From assembly GCA_051047955.1 (NCBI GenBank), contig JBPGPT010000008.1:1-64000 (forward strand): DNA of 64,000 nucleotides, given 5' to 3'. The DNA comes from Cystobasidiomycetes sp. EMM_F5. Taxonomy: Eukaryota. Under the pieces are notes generated by a model that was not told the origin of the DNA, made no database searches, and saw only the letters and a list, made by a program, of their open reading frames with translations. Shown in pieces: positions 1 to 12,559 of this stretch (position 1 is the first letter of the stretch; each line of letters starts with the position of its first letter). A program made the position numbers and the translations under genes.

Positions 1-245
1 CAAGAAGAAAGAGAGAAACGAAGAAAATGAAGAGGGGAGAGAGAAAGCACGACAGAGCAGAGAACAGAGAATGTGTGTGTGTGTGTGCGTAGGGAGAGAG
101 AAAGACAGACGTGACGAGAAGAGAAGAGAAGAGACGAGACAAGAAGAAAGAGAGAAACGAAGAAAATGAAGAGGGGAGAGAGAAAGCACGACAGGGCAGA
201 GAACAGAGAACGTGTGGGTGCGTGTGCGTAGGGAGAGAGAAGGGA
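1..245. repeat. ~139-bp GA-rich tandem repeat (about 2 copies visible) with an embedded (TG)n tract
   Basis: caagaagaaagagagaaacgaagaaaatgaagaggggagagagaaagcacgacag... starts at 1 and again at 140 with a few substitutions; appears to lie in an intron of the minus-strand gene. Confidence 0.9.
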
Positions 246-326
246 AGAGAGAGAAGAGAGGGGAAAGAAGAAGGCGGCATGAGCATCAATACCTCTCAAA
301 TGCCTACTGCCTCTATTATTACCCAC

Positions 327-1076
327 CTCTGCTTTGACTGCCGCTGCCCTGACTGGCTGAGCGTGTGCCGTCTTGCTCTCTGGCCCATCAAACATGTCCA
401 ACTGGACGTCATTCACATTGAGTGTACCTGCTTGATTGTCCACCTGAATCCTGAATGCAATGTGCGTCTTCTTTTCGAGCAGGAGTCTTGCCGCCTCGTG
501 TGCCGTAGCATCCGAGAAGAGGTCGTCGGTTCTGCAGAAGGTGTGAGTATCATGTCAGCACGACGATGCAGCCATGTATTGGTTTGAAGGTGTTTTAATT
601 TGCGAGTCAGCGACTTAGTCAGCCGACGCTGCTGCGGGTTTGACGTGACTGGGAGGAATGTGGACGAAGAGCAGCAGTAGTTACGCGAGCACGGCGCATA
701 GACGAATACGAGCATTACTGCTTCATGCTCGTGTATAGTCTGCACCGCTCTGCATTATTTGCCAACCCCATCTCTGCCTTTTCCTGGCCACCACGCTCGC
801 TCGAGCCGTACGATGGAGTAATCGACTGACCTCTGTACGCGCACAACGATACCTCCCCCGTCGAGCCTCTCCTTCTGCGCGCTCTCGTCCACCGACACGC
901 TCGTGCTGCTCTTTGCGTAGTTTGGTGCTGCGTGTGCAGTGTGTAGCGCTGCCCACATGCATGCCGCCGTCGCCAGCCAGCGGGCTGCGAGTATACAAAT
1001 ACAAGGCTCAGTCGATGCGAGATGGCCTTTGCATTTGAATAAACCTGCACCCACCCCTCCCGCTGTCCACTCGCAT
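327..1076 (-). CDS. 5' part of a putative secreted/membrane protein of unknown function (gene continues off the left edge)
   Basis: ATG 1076; in-phase spliced exons give MRVDSGRARWLATAACMWAALHTAHAAPNYAK...VVRVQR/TDDLFSDA...TLNVNDVQL...AVKAE, then donor gtgggt at 326; signal-peptide-like N-terminus. Confidence 0.6.
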
Positions 1077-1654
1077 GGCTGTTGGATGTGTCGATGCTCC
1101 GTCAAGGGTGGTCCACTGTCAACCACTTGCAATAAAGGCGCACTCGGTCATTTCGCATTTCCCATTTGCACCCCCGAGCCAGAGCGGCGATCAGGTATTA
1201 TTTAGTAAGTAAACATGACAGAGTGAATGAGCAGTGACTATGGCTGGGTGGTTGTATATCCTGTGCAGCTCCATCTACTCCGTCACATCCTCCCATTGAC
1301 GGTTGTAGCCTTCAAGCCTCAAGGCGTCTCTTTATATCCGCTGCATATCCCCGAGCTGCAAGACGGCTCAAGCCATGTACGGCATAAATGTACACTGTGT
1401 GCCTCAATAGCCAATCCACAGTCCACAGTCCACATGTCACTTCTAGTATACATCTAGATGCTTTCCAATCCTGCCGAAGCGACAGGTCATTGCTTGATTG
1501 AGTCCATATTGCTGATCGGGACACATAACGATGCTTTGCCCACCCACTACCGGCCATCCACCAGCACCCTCCCTCTCACACTCGTTTGGATCAGCCAGCC
1601 ATGCAGACGTCAACCCGGCCATAGTGGGGTCGTAAAGCAAGAGCAACGTTCACC

Positions 1655-3595
1655 ATGCAAGTCGCAATACCGTCCTCGATCGAGCGAGCCATCAGACACA
1701 TCACTGCAAGACCATCGTGGAAGCGGCTGTGTAGGCGTGCCTTTTTAATTCCCTCAGAGCTGCACCTCGCTCACTCCACTCCTCCCCGCAGTCATCCTCC
1801 TCTCTGCCATCGCTGCTCCCTCGGTGGCAATCTTCCTTGCAAAGCTACACCGGCATCGCAAACAGTGGAAGGAGCAGAGACTGCCCGGTCCACCTCACGA
1901 TGTCCTGTTTGGCCATCTCCGAGTCTTTAGCGAGCACGCCGCGAGGTTTGTAGGGATGCACCTCGACTACACCGCAGAGAGTATAGCGACAGCCTACGGG
2001 ACAGGCATCGTCTTTTTGGACCTCTGGCCATTCAGTCTACCCATGTGTCTCATCTCGGACCCAGAGATTGCAGATCAGGTAGTCAGGACAGACAACCTCC
2101 CAAAGTGCCTGCAGGCAATGACGGTACACTTTCCAATATTTGGAAACGAGAGTCTAGCTCTGGCAGGAAGCGATACCCAGGGCCAGGAGAGGTGGCAGAC
2201 GATACGGAGAGCTATTGCCCCAGGCTTCAAGAAGGGACACCTTGAACGAGCTTGGACCGAGGATATCGTGGAAGAGGGAGAAGGGTTTGTACGACGCTTA
2301 CGACAGAGAGCAAGTGATGGCCAGTCAGCAGTAATGGCAGAGTACCTCGTAGATACTACCCTCGACCTCATCCTCCGCGTAACAATCAGCTCGAGAGATG
2401 CCCGTCTGTCAAAAAGAGTACTCCACGTACTCAACGCCCAGCTAGATCACGCTTCAGGAAGTGGCATCCGGCTGGGCTTGTTTTCTCAATTCAACCCAAT
2501 AGTCCGATACGGCGAGTGGAGGCGGACGCGGTGGGTTCTCCATCGACCTCATCACTCCTTCCAACCGACTGACACTATCATCTTGACATGCAGGCAAATG
2601 TACAATCTTCTATCCCCATCAGTCATTCAGCACATAGAGGCATCAAAGCAACCCGATTTCGAATCAAAAGCTAAAAAGGACGTACTAGACTGGGCGCTTT
2701 CCCGACATCCCGATTTCAGCATCAGTACGCTCGTGGACCAAGTCAAGACGTTTGTACTCGCGGGGCACGACACGGCTTCCAGCACGCTTGCATGGACGTA
2801 CTACCATCTCTCCCAGTCACCAGACGTACTCGAGAAACTGCGGCAGGAGCACAATGTCGTCTTTTCAGGAATGAATGGAAAAGGGTCAATAGGGAGAGAA
2901 GGAGAGATGATCATGGCAGACCCGAGCAGGCTCAATCAGTTGAGGTATACCCTCGCCGTCATGCGTGAGGCTTTGAGACTCTACCCGCCCGCTGCAGCCG
3001 TACGAAAAGCAGACAGCGACGTCTACGTCGTGCAGCACCATGGAGCAAAGTACTCGGTTGCAGGGTGTATGCTATGGATCAATCACTGGTGTCTGCATAG
3101 ATCAAAAGGTAACTTGCTCTCGGAACAGCAGTGCTTCTATGTGTACAGACTGACGCTCTGACATCCTTGAAAATACAGCCGTGTGGGGAGAAGACGCAGC
3201 TGAATTCAAGCCAGAACGCTGGCTTGATGGCGATGGCAACATGATTTCAACACCATTAGCGTGGCAACCCTTTTCAAAAGGTCCAAAAAATTGCATAGGC
3301 ATGGAATTTGGCATACTTGAGCAAAAGATTCTCCTCTCAATGACAGTAGGCTACTGTTCTATTCAGCGTCTTTGCTGCGGTATAGCCATGCTGACGCAAT
3401 CATCAGATACGCATGTTTGACTTTGAATACGTGGGAAAAGAAACTCCATATCAGATATTTAGATTGACGGTGCGTGTGATTAGGGGTGACTCTGTGTTGC
3501 TAGCTGAATCGAGTATCTGTCAAACATAGGCACAACCACATAACGGTATACCTTTACGAATCAGCCTGGCACAAAAGCCATCTAATCTGCATTAG
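1655..3595 (+). CDS. Cytochrome P450 monooxygenase (multi-exon)
   Basis: N-terminal TM anchor, LPGPP hinge, I-helix AGHDT, EALR (ExxR), PERW, heme motif FSKGPKNCIG; intron 1731-1790 joins ATG 1655; stop TAG 3593-3595. Confidence 0.95.
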
Positions 3596-3792
3596 TCTTC
3601 ATCGGTAACGAATGCATGTCATTAGCCAGCATCACTTAGACAATACCCCTCACGACTCGCACGTCAATGTATACAAAAGTTACGCTGCAAACGCATACGA
3701 TGAACAGGTGCTGCCAGCGCAATGATGAGTTGGGGACATCGAAATGACACATGCTAGTTTAAGTGGCACCAGATGGCGAGATTATGCTGTTG

Positions 3793-4814
3793 CTACTGTG
3801 AATCTTGGGAAAGGGCAGCCTCTACGGCCGACACAACGTCGTATTCCACCTCATCCTCGTCTACCAGATCCGCTAAGCAGCCAGGAACACATTAGCCTGC
3901 TCTTAATAATCAGACGCCGTAGCAAATTGCCTACTCACCCTCTCCGTACGCTTCCGGGTGCGCTCTGAAGCATTCTTGCATATCCTTGAATTTCTCGATG
4001 CAATCCTGTCCCTTCGGCTCCTCCTGAGAGTAGACGAAACAGCTAAAGGCAGCCTTGAATTGCTCTCCGCAAGGTCCATGCGCCATGCCACCTAAACACG
4101 GGCAGTCCCAATTGATTTCACCGGTTTCTGGATTGAAGGCGGCCTGGGAAGCATCTTCTTCGGGCTCGTCGTTGGATACAGTTGCACTTGGTGCAGCAGA
4201 GTCGGCATTTTTCTCAAAGGTGGAAGCAGGCCCTGCCGACGATGATGCTGACGAATCCGTAGAAGCTATGAGTGAATCGGAATCCGACGATTTTGGTGGA
4301 TGTGTCTTGTCGCCTTTTTGGTGAGGTAATGATGCACTGTCGGATGTAGTAGAGTCGCTCTTGCTCTTTTTGGCAGATGAAGCCGTTGCATCACTTTTTG
4401 TGGCAGTCAGTAGTGTACTCTCTGCCGCTTCCTTCGCTTTCTTGGCGATAGGTTTCGGTGTCTCTACGGCTGACTTCTTGCTCTTCGTACTGCTAGACGT
4501 GCTTGCTTCTGCTGTATTTTTGTGAGCACACGTTGACGTTTAGAGCGACGCCCACTTTTTGTAATTGTGTTATTCAAATGCGTACCGGGCAAATCTTTTT
4601 GCTGCTGTTGGCCGTACCATCCCATCACGTACCCCACTGCAACCGTACCAGCCAGCAACTCTGCTCCAACGACCATAGAATTCATGCCGCCAGACTTGCT
4701 GCCTCCCGATGAACTCGTCGACGCCAGTCTTTTGGAAACGACCCTGCCGGCGGGAAAACCGCCATTCTTTGGCAGTCGACGCACAGTGCGCTGGGCGATG
4801 CTGCGTCCAAGCAT
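3793..4814 (-). CDS. MIA40: Mitochondrial intermembrane space import oxidoreductase Mia40
   Basis: Presequence plus TM, acidic linker, then [50 protein letters not shown] (CPC and twin CX9C). Confidence 0.95.
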
Positions 4815-5068
4815 GATGGCGGAACTGTCGACAGGTCGGGAGTGGCTAAGTTGCAAACGGTAATGACGATCGGACAAGCCGGAAAGCAGACTGTCTGGCA
4901 AAGCCACTCTCTATAGTAGTGCTCTAGTTACACATTGGATTAGTTATTCAGCGTCTTCCAGCTTACGTATACGAGAAAACATTATTCTAGATTAGATCTG
5001 CTTCCCTGGCAGAGCGGCTTGCGCATTATAGGCAGGTTTCGACTCTTGCGGTCTTCAAGCGGCCATCA

Positions 5069-6548
5069 TCACTCGCTCTTAACCTCTTTATGAATCTCGA
5101 TGCCGGGCGGGGATGACAAGGCGTCCTTGATATACTTATAAAGAACGACTGCGGGGAATGACCAGTCAGCAGACTCACAGCTCGGATTTTGAGGTAATGC
5201 AAAGCTCACATTGTCCTGATACAAGTCCTGCCGTCATGACTATACGTGGTCCGAGGCCGACAAACAGGCCGCTAAACCCAGCTTCTCTCGCCAGCCGAAT
5301 GAGCTTGGAAGTCGCACTTCCCGGCCCGCCTTCGCCCTTATTGATCTGAGACAAGAGTGTGTCTCCCGGCTGAGAGATTATAGCCGCAGCTACGCCCTGT
5401 TGAAAAAGTATAGTGAGTACTCGACACGCCTCTCAGTGTCATTGACATACTGCGACCACACCGCACGACAATGTCAAGCCGCCGTTAGCTATTGGGCCCA
5501 TGTTTCTCTTTGTATCTTCTGCGAGCATCTTGAGAGCGACCTCGTGCGCCCATTCGTTGACCGTGCTGTTCGTTCAGTACATTAGCACACATACTGACAC
5601 AGGTGCGCTCAAGAAACGCACAATTGACCTGTACAAGGACACTGACGTCAATTTCCTGCGCTTCTGAGTCAAAGATGATAGCTTACCGACGGCATATGGC
5701 ACCTGCTTTGCCAATATTGGCACGAAGCTGCGGACAGCATGTTCAGAATTATCCACCTTACTCAAAATGACAAACTGACCCAGCATAGAACTCTCTGAGA
5801 CCTCCTTCCCTTGCCATTCTTGCAAAAGCCGGCAAGAAGCCGCTAGCATATCCTCTCTGTGAGACGAGCCTGATTCGGGTCGCTTCACAAGGGGTAAGGA
5901 GGATATCTGCAAAGAACTCTGCCGTCGCCGAGGCGCCGAGGTATATTGCCGTTCTGTTTGGCACTGCACTCTCATACCCTCCGACGGCATCGACAAATGT
6001 CTTTTTGAAGAACTCGTAGCCTGCGAACTTGGCTCCACCCTGGAGAAGGTACCCGAAGGCGGTCGGTCCAAAACCAGTCAAGAGTGCGCCGGCTCCCTCT
6101 CTGGAGGTAGGACAACAGAGCGGACGATCAGCACACGTCTAAAGCCACTTGACGCTCGACGCACTTTGCGATAATGCCCCGTCCTGCGACAAACATGTTT
6201 TGACCTTTGAGTGATGGATCCACTTGTATACGTGTCTGCGTATATGACTTTGCTCAGCTCATATTCTCGCGTACCCCGACTGCTCGCTTGCCTTGATGAC
6301 ATCGATAGGTGTCATTGCACCTGCCCCAGAGTTTCGCTACATGTCAGTCTCTTCGGAGGAGACTATGTAAGTGCAGCCTGACCATGTGTGAGGGTGCAGC
6401 ATAGTGCTCCGGCAGTAAAGAACTTTCCATAGCTTTTGACGCGTTGCGACTGTCAGACGGTACATGTCTACGCGTGCATTCGGGCTCACTCAAGCGGGCT
6501 GAAGGACGGGACGTTGCCAGCAGGCGGACTGACTTTGCCTGCAGCCAT
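5069..6548 (-). CDS. MIR1: Mitochondrial phosphate carrier (Mir1/Pic2 family)
   Basis: Three carrier repeats: TPIDVIKTRIQ, TPCEATRIRLVSQ, HPGDTLLS; GYLLQGGAKFAGYEFFKK; PILAKQVPY. Confidence 0.9.
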
Positions 6549-6704
6549 GGTCGGATATCAGCGTGCTTGCTCAAAAGCAGAGCAGACTCTGCCAACAGCT
6601 CTCACTCGGTCAGAGTATGACGCTCCATGACATGATCGTGATTTGAAGTTCGGCAAACCCCGATAAGAGCGCAACTCGGGTTGAAATGTAACGCTGCGGT
6701 ATCG

Positions 6705-8214
6705 ATGTGGAAGTCTCGCAGCGCTGCAAGCACTTCGGCAGCTTCGACATCGACCTCGTACTCTGCCAATGCGCAGGCTTCCACGTCGAAAGCTGGATTC
6801 GCAACGTCCAAGCACATTACATTGTCCATTGATAACGGGGAGGAAGATGTCGCAGCGATATACGACACGGCGGGTGGAACCGTACTTGGAAACGACATAG
6901 ATGCGCGACCTGCGCCGCCGCGTCGAGCTTCGTCGTCGTTCACCTCGTCGTCGATATGGAGGCGCAAGGAGAAACTGCCCGTTACGCCAGGTTCGACGTT
7001 ATCGGGTCATATTCTGGTCCACTCGGCAAAAGAACTCAGAGATGCAAAGCTTCTCAAGGTAGTACTGACTGGAAAGTGTGGTGCAACGGTCCTTGGACGA
7101 GGCCGATGGCAAGCGGGAATCGTAGCGAGTGGGATATCGAGCACAGGACCTGGGAGTGCGGTTCCGATCCAGTATCGCGAGGTGCATACATTTCTCAGGA
7201 GCGAAAAGCTTCTGTGGAACCCAGACGATACGCCGTTAGGCTCCGCAAACAAGGAAGGCGATCAATTGCGCTTCGACTTTAACATAGATATCCCCCGTCT
7301 GAAACAATGCACATGCCCCGCAAAGTCGTACGTCCTGCCTCCTACCAGCGATCTGAGAAACGGAGAAGACGGGCGCGTGCTGGACAGGAGTACGATTGAG
7401 GTCTTCTACTCTGCATCAGCTATACTAGAACGCAGTGGCATATTGAGGCGAAACGCAAAGTGCGTTGAGGAGCGACCATAGGATTTTTTCGACCATTGCT
7501 GACCCACATCTGCGTCCTCAGAGTCAAAGTCTCGCTAAACATGGCAGACGATGCGGCACCTGGCTACACAGCGCAAGAGGAGATAGTCGCTATGGGTCGG
7601 GGGCCGTTAAAGTATGCCTCCGACACTCAAGAATCGCCAGAATTACAATGTCAAGTACGTATGTAGCTCTCACTGTAGAAGTAAGATTGACCGCTTGCTC
7701 GTAGCTATCATTTACAGCCCCTACTGTCGCAAACGCTACAATACCGTACACTGTGACATATCGGATGGCGCCAGATTCTGCATTACTTGCCAATCTGAGC
7801 TACGATAGACCTCCCGTAGACGAAGGAGACACATCATTACCGCCGACATACGAATCGGCTCCCGGAGTTGCGAATCCTCTGCTGGCGAGCATCAACCCTA
7901 GAGTTGAAGTCGGCCTGACGCGTCGGTGTGTGACAAGACCGGTCGAAAAGCCTCTGGATGGCATACAAAGCGGGTTCCCTTCCTACTTGTTGGTTATTGG
8001 AACAAACAATCCTCTTATAGACGGTACAAGCTCCTATGATCCCCAGAGGGGAATTGGAGAGATCAAAGGAGAGCTCGTTGTGCCGAAGGGTGAGGTCTCA
8101 GTATTCACGTGTGGCGCAGACATACAGCATTCGGTATCAGCAAAGATGGTCAGCGACATTCTGCGTGGTCCTATTATCGCTACTGGGAAGGTCTATCTAC
8201 CCAGCGGCAGGTGA
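6705..8214 (+). CDS. Arrestin-like (alpha-arrestin/ART-type) protein with a PPxY motif
   Basis: GSTLSGHILV...LKVVLTG...FDFNIDIP...LPPTS...IEVFYSASAILER arrestin-N pattern; LPPTY motif; two introns keep frame. Confidence 0.6.
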
Positions 8215-8392
8215 AGAAGTTGTCACGAGTTGAAGGGAGTGACACGGTGGTCGGTTGTGTAGCTTGATGTGTGTTGTCGTAGTCTATTTGCGCCATCTCT
8301 GCCTGCTACTGCATTAATTCGATCTGATTCTGGTCCTGGTCTATTTGTGCCTGACGTCCACGTCTGTTCTGGTTGATCCAATCACAAAAACC

Positions 8393-9858
8393 ATGGCTGA
8401 TCCGAGTACTGCCAGCACGAGCAACAGCGAGGAATTGGTGCTGCCTGTTCCCGACTTGGAGCGTACGCGGACTATCAAACGGGATGCACTGTTTCGAGGC
8501 TGACGGTGGACTTGCGTCTTGACGGGCATAGTCGCGCAACAACGATTCATTCTATCACAGCCTAGGCTCAGTCACTTACATGAGGAGGCAAAGAAGAAGC
8601 TACGCGAGGGGATAGAGCGCGATGGTGAGCTGGCGAACCTGTACTGACAATATATTGGATCCAAGCTGATGACGACGCTGTCAATCCGGAAACGATATCA
8701 TCAGAAATGGGACCATGGCTAATTACAGACTCGTTGTTACAATCATCAATTGATGATGGTGCGCAAGGAACGTTATATCAGTCCTTGAAGGCAAAGAACG
8801 AGGAGGAGTTGAAGAAGTTCGAGGAGCGGATTACCGAGGCTCAGGCGAACGAGGGAGAGACAGAACTATCGGATGCATTAAGAGGGAAAGCAGGCTACCT
8901 CGCCAAGATTGGAGAGAAGGAGAAGGCGCTCGAAGCGTACGAATACGCCTTTAGCAAACAGGCTGGCCTGGGTACCAAGATTGACCTGCGGCTGGCGATG
9001 GTTCGAGTAGGCTTCTTTTATGGCGATTTCAAAGTCATCCAGTCGCAAATAGAGAAGACACAGGTGTGAGTTGGTATTTCAATGCATTTGCACTGCAGTG
9101 CTCATAAAGCTCGGTACGGCAGCTTAATCGACTCTGGCGGAGACTGGGACCGTAGGAACCGTTTGAAGGTGTACAAGGGCGTCTATCTACTCTCAATTCG
9201 CGACTTCAAGGCCGGCGGGGCTTTACTCTTTGATACTATTTCCACCTTTACGGCCAGCGAGCTCATCTCGTACGAAGATTTTGTAGCCCTGTCCATCATT
9301 GCCGGCGTCCTCACGTTGCCGAGGAAAGATCTCAAGAAGCGCATCATAGAATCTCCCGAAGTCATTGCTGTTCTCCCCTCTCTGCCGCACCTGCGAGCCT
9401 TCACAAGCGCACTTTACGAAATCGACTATGCAAAGTTTTTCGGCGCACTTGCTGAAGTCGAAGAGTATCACCTCATTCCAAGTCGAGTGCTCGAAAAGCA
9501 TGCCAGGTACTATGTCCGCGAGGCCCGCATCAAGGCGTACGCACAGCTGTTGGAAAGCTACAAGAGTGTGACGCTCAAGAGCTTTGCCGGCACATTTGGC
9601 GTAGGGGAAGCATTCCTCGAAGCGTAAGCGTCTAGAACAACGGAGCTCGTTTGCGCATCCTGCTGATGTTGTCTTCCTCCTCGCAGCGATCTGTCCCGCT
9701 TTATTTCAGCTGGACGACTGAACTGTTCAATCGACAAGGTGAACGGCATTATCGAGACGAATCGCCCAGATACCAAAAACGCGCGATACGAGCAGGCAAT
9801 CAAGCAGGGCGATGTCCTGCTCAATTCGCTCCAAAAGCTGAGTAGGGTCATCGGGTAG
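8393..9858 (+). CDS. RPN7: 26S proteasome lid subunit Rpn7
   Basis: [66 protein letters not shown]. Confidence 0.97.
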
Positions 9859-9955
9859 TCTGTTGTAGAAAGAGCGTGACTTGCATAGAGCACGCAGGCA
9901 ATACTTTCATCATTGGATATACGGAGAGTGCGCGTTTTGATCGTATCCGCTTGCT

Positions 9956-10842
9956 TCAGTATTGCGCTCCCGGTATCTTCGGCTGGAAAGGTGCGTCTAC
10001 GACTGAGGACATGGCTACCGCGTCCACATCCCACGTATCTCGCGCCTTTTCAGTCATGATATGGACAATCATCCTCCCACCGTCCACTAGACACCACGTT
10101 GGGTCTGTGATGTCTAAGCCCTCTACCCGGATTTTCTGCTGCAGTTTCTTCTTCTTTTTCGGTACTGAGGGATTTAGTGCGTCCTGCTCGACGCCAGCAT
10201 TCTCTGGGAGCATGAGTAGACACTCTCGCACCTGCAAGACCGCCCGTCATGTCAGTGTAGCTTTCTCCGTTTCAATTCTTCGGGGCCACTCACGGCATGC
10301 ATGACGCCGTCTGAAGCTCCTCGGATACCTCTTTCCCTCCCCTTGCGCAAGGTAGTGATGACTACCCAGTCTACCCAACTAGAGACACTGGCGTCCATAT
10401 CCTCTACGGCGACTTTGGACTGTGCAGCTTGGGAATCGATAAACCTGATACTGTCTCGATAGATGAAGGGAGATTCGCAGAGATGGGTCCACAACGGATG
10501 CAGAAAGTGGGGAATACCGTCTGGAGGAGGTGGAGCTTGTGTTTGTTGAGGAATTGCTTCTTTGAAGCTGTTTGTGATTTTTGGTGTTTCAGATAGATAC
10601 CATGCTTCCTTGCTTGTTTCCCTGGAAGCGGACGGGGATGAGGATGATGGTAAATCCAAGTCGTCTGCTGAGGCTTTTGCTGGCCTGAAAGGCGTAGCTC
10701 TGCGTGGATATGCGGCTGCTGTCGCTGTACTGAATGATGACGATTCAAGGCGGCTTTGCAATGCTGACACCAGGGAAGCCGCGTTACTCCGCCTGGTCGC
10801 TGCTGCTCTCATGCATGTACAGACGCCTCGGTGGCATATCAT
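9956..10842 (-). CDS. Mitochondrial ribosome-silencing factor (RsfS/MALSU1/Atp25 N-domain-like)
   Basis: Arg/Ser/Ala-rich presequence; WCLVDGGRMIVHIMTEKARDTWDVD matches RsfS/Iojap W.LVD.G..IVH.......R..Y.LE. Confidence 0.8.
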
Positions 10843-11154
10843 GATGGGCAATTGTCTGACTTGATGAGCCACGCTGACGCGCAAATCAGCAATGGTTGTA
10901 CTCGACAAGATGCAATTTCTCCACCAAACGACATGCTCGCTTTATGTTTTGTACACAAGAGAGTAACATAGACTTAAGACTAAAAAAGCGGGTACAGGCG
11001 CTGAATCGTGATAGTATGCACACAGGCTGAGTATGAAATCGTCAGCTCGCCAAGTGGCTGGCTGACGTTAGACGATCAATAGACGCACAAGTAGAGCGCA
11101 TGGGACATGTACGAAGCAAGCCATCGCCACTTGCAGCGAATGTGGATATCTTTC

Positions 11155-12197
11155 TCAGAAGTCTCCTCCGCCCATGTCGCCACCCATGTCTCCGCCCATA
11201 TCTCCACCATCTTTGGCAACAAAATCAGTAATCGGCTAAAGAAAGCTTTTGAGCGGAACTTACCATCTCCATAGTAGTTATTTGTGACATCGTCTTTTCG
11301 AGCAGCATATCAGTCGATGTCATTGAGAAACGAAATTCGAAATTCAATCTGTACTTACTTCCACCAAATCCGCCTCCCATCAACGAGCCCAACATTAAAC
11401 CTCCAGCTAATCCACCTCCTGCTGCTAAGGCTGTATTGCGTCCGGCATTGTTTCTCGCTGGCTGGCCGTACATGCCTTGCTGGCCGTACATTTGCTGCTG
11501 CCCATACATTGGCTGTTGGCCATACATGGGCTGCTGACCGTACATTGGCTGTTGGCCGTACATTTGCTGCTGACCGTAACCCTGTTGACCGTAACCTTGC
11601 TGACCGTACCCCTGCTGGCCGTATGCTTGCTGGGGTTTCGGTTTAGCGAGGTTGCTCAGGCTGCTGAGCTGGGGGTTGCGATTGCAACCGCATCAGCCAC
11701 GCCGAGATACTTGTAGAGATGATCGCTCACGAGACCCTTCTTCTGTGAGCCGTTTGGCGATGGCGACACGGGTGAGTTCTGGGCGCTTCCGCTCTGAGGG
11801 GGCTGACCCGGCGGAGGAGCATACTGCCCTTGCTTTTCATTGACTGGGAGAGTCCAGTGTGATTCTGGAGGATTCTTCTGCAGACGTGAGTTACGTATTC
11901 AGTCAGTTCTGCTTTCTTTCGGTTTGCCGGCTGTGGCGATGCTCCATCGGGTACGTTGACGCACTGTCGTGTCCACAAAGAAGTGCTGCTTGTACTGGTA
12001 ATGCGAGAGTATCAGGGTGTGCTTGGTAATACCGCATTCTTCCGCTCCTCACCTGCTCATTCCACTGTGCGACCCAACTGCACAGGCAAAGAGCGGGAAT
12101 GGACCCAGCGCGACGTCAGTCGTCATCCTAAGCGCCAAAGCACCACTGCCCACCCAGATGGCAAGGCAGCTCCCGAGTAGGCTGGTCCGGAAGACAT
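11155..12197 (-). CDS. WW-domain protein with Q/G/Y-rich low-complexity tail (Wwm1-like)
   Basis: Spliced [33 protein letters not shown] (WW domain); YGQQ repeats; [19 protein letters not shown]...GDF C-terminus. Confidence 0.85.
11460..11631 (-). repeat. Coding tandem repeats (15-bp QQGYG and 18-bp QQxMYG units)
   Basis: Recurrent ccgtacat/ccgtaacc units inside the WW gene. Confidence 0.85.
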
Positions 12198-12559
12198 TGT
12201 TGCAGGTCGAGAGTGCAAGTATTCCAAGTCTGAGTAATTGAAACGAGAGCAGAATGAGAGTAATGGCTTTCGGGATCTCGAGAATGGGCTTGGCTTGGAG
12301 CCGGGTGGCGGATTTGATTGACAAACGAGCGAGCTGGCTGTTGCGAGTCATGAACAAGTGCGACGACATGGACAAGGTGTATCATACTTCAGCACCGTGT
12401 ACGCGAATAATCCAAGCGTTGTCCGCTTATAATCGATCAGATAGCATTGTATTGCCTGCCTGCCAGTCCAAAAACAGTCTCGTTTCCTGTCTTGTAATAT
12501 CTGAATTGCTGTCAGCTGCCTGTGCCCGACCCTGCTCGTCCGTCGCATAAGCCTGTCCC

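Noticed and set aside
111..587. 158-aa plus-strand ORF rich in E/R/K
   Set aside because: Product of the GA-rich repeat plus the antisense of a minus-strand exon.
8940..9010. Possible CUG codon reassignment
   Set aside because: CTG codons fall at conserved Leu positions in Rpn7 and other genes; standard code.
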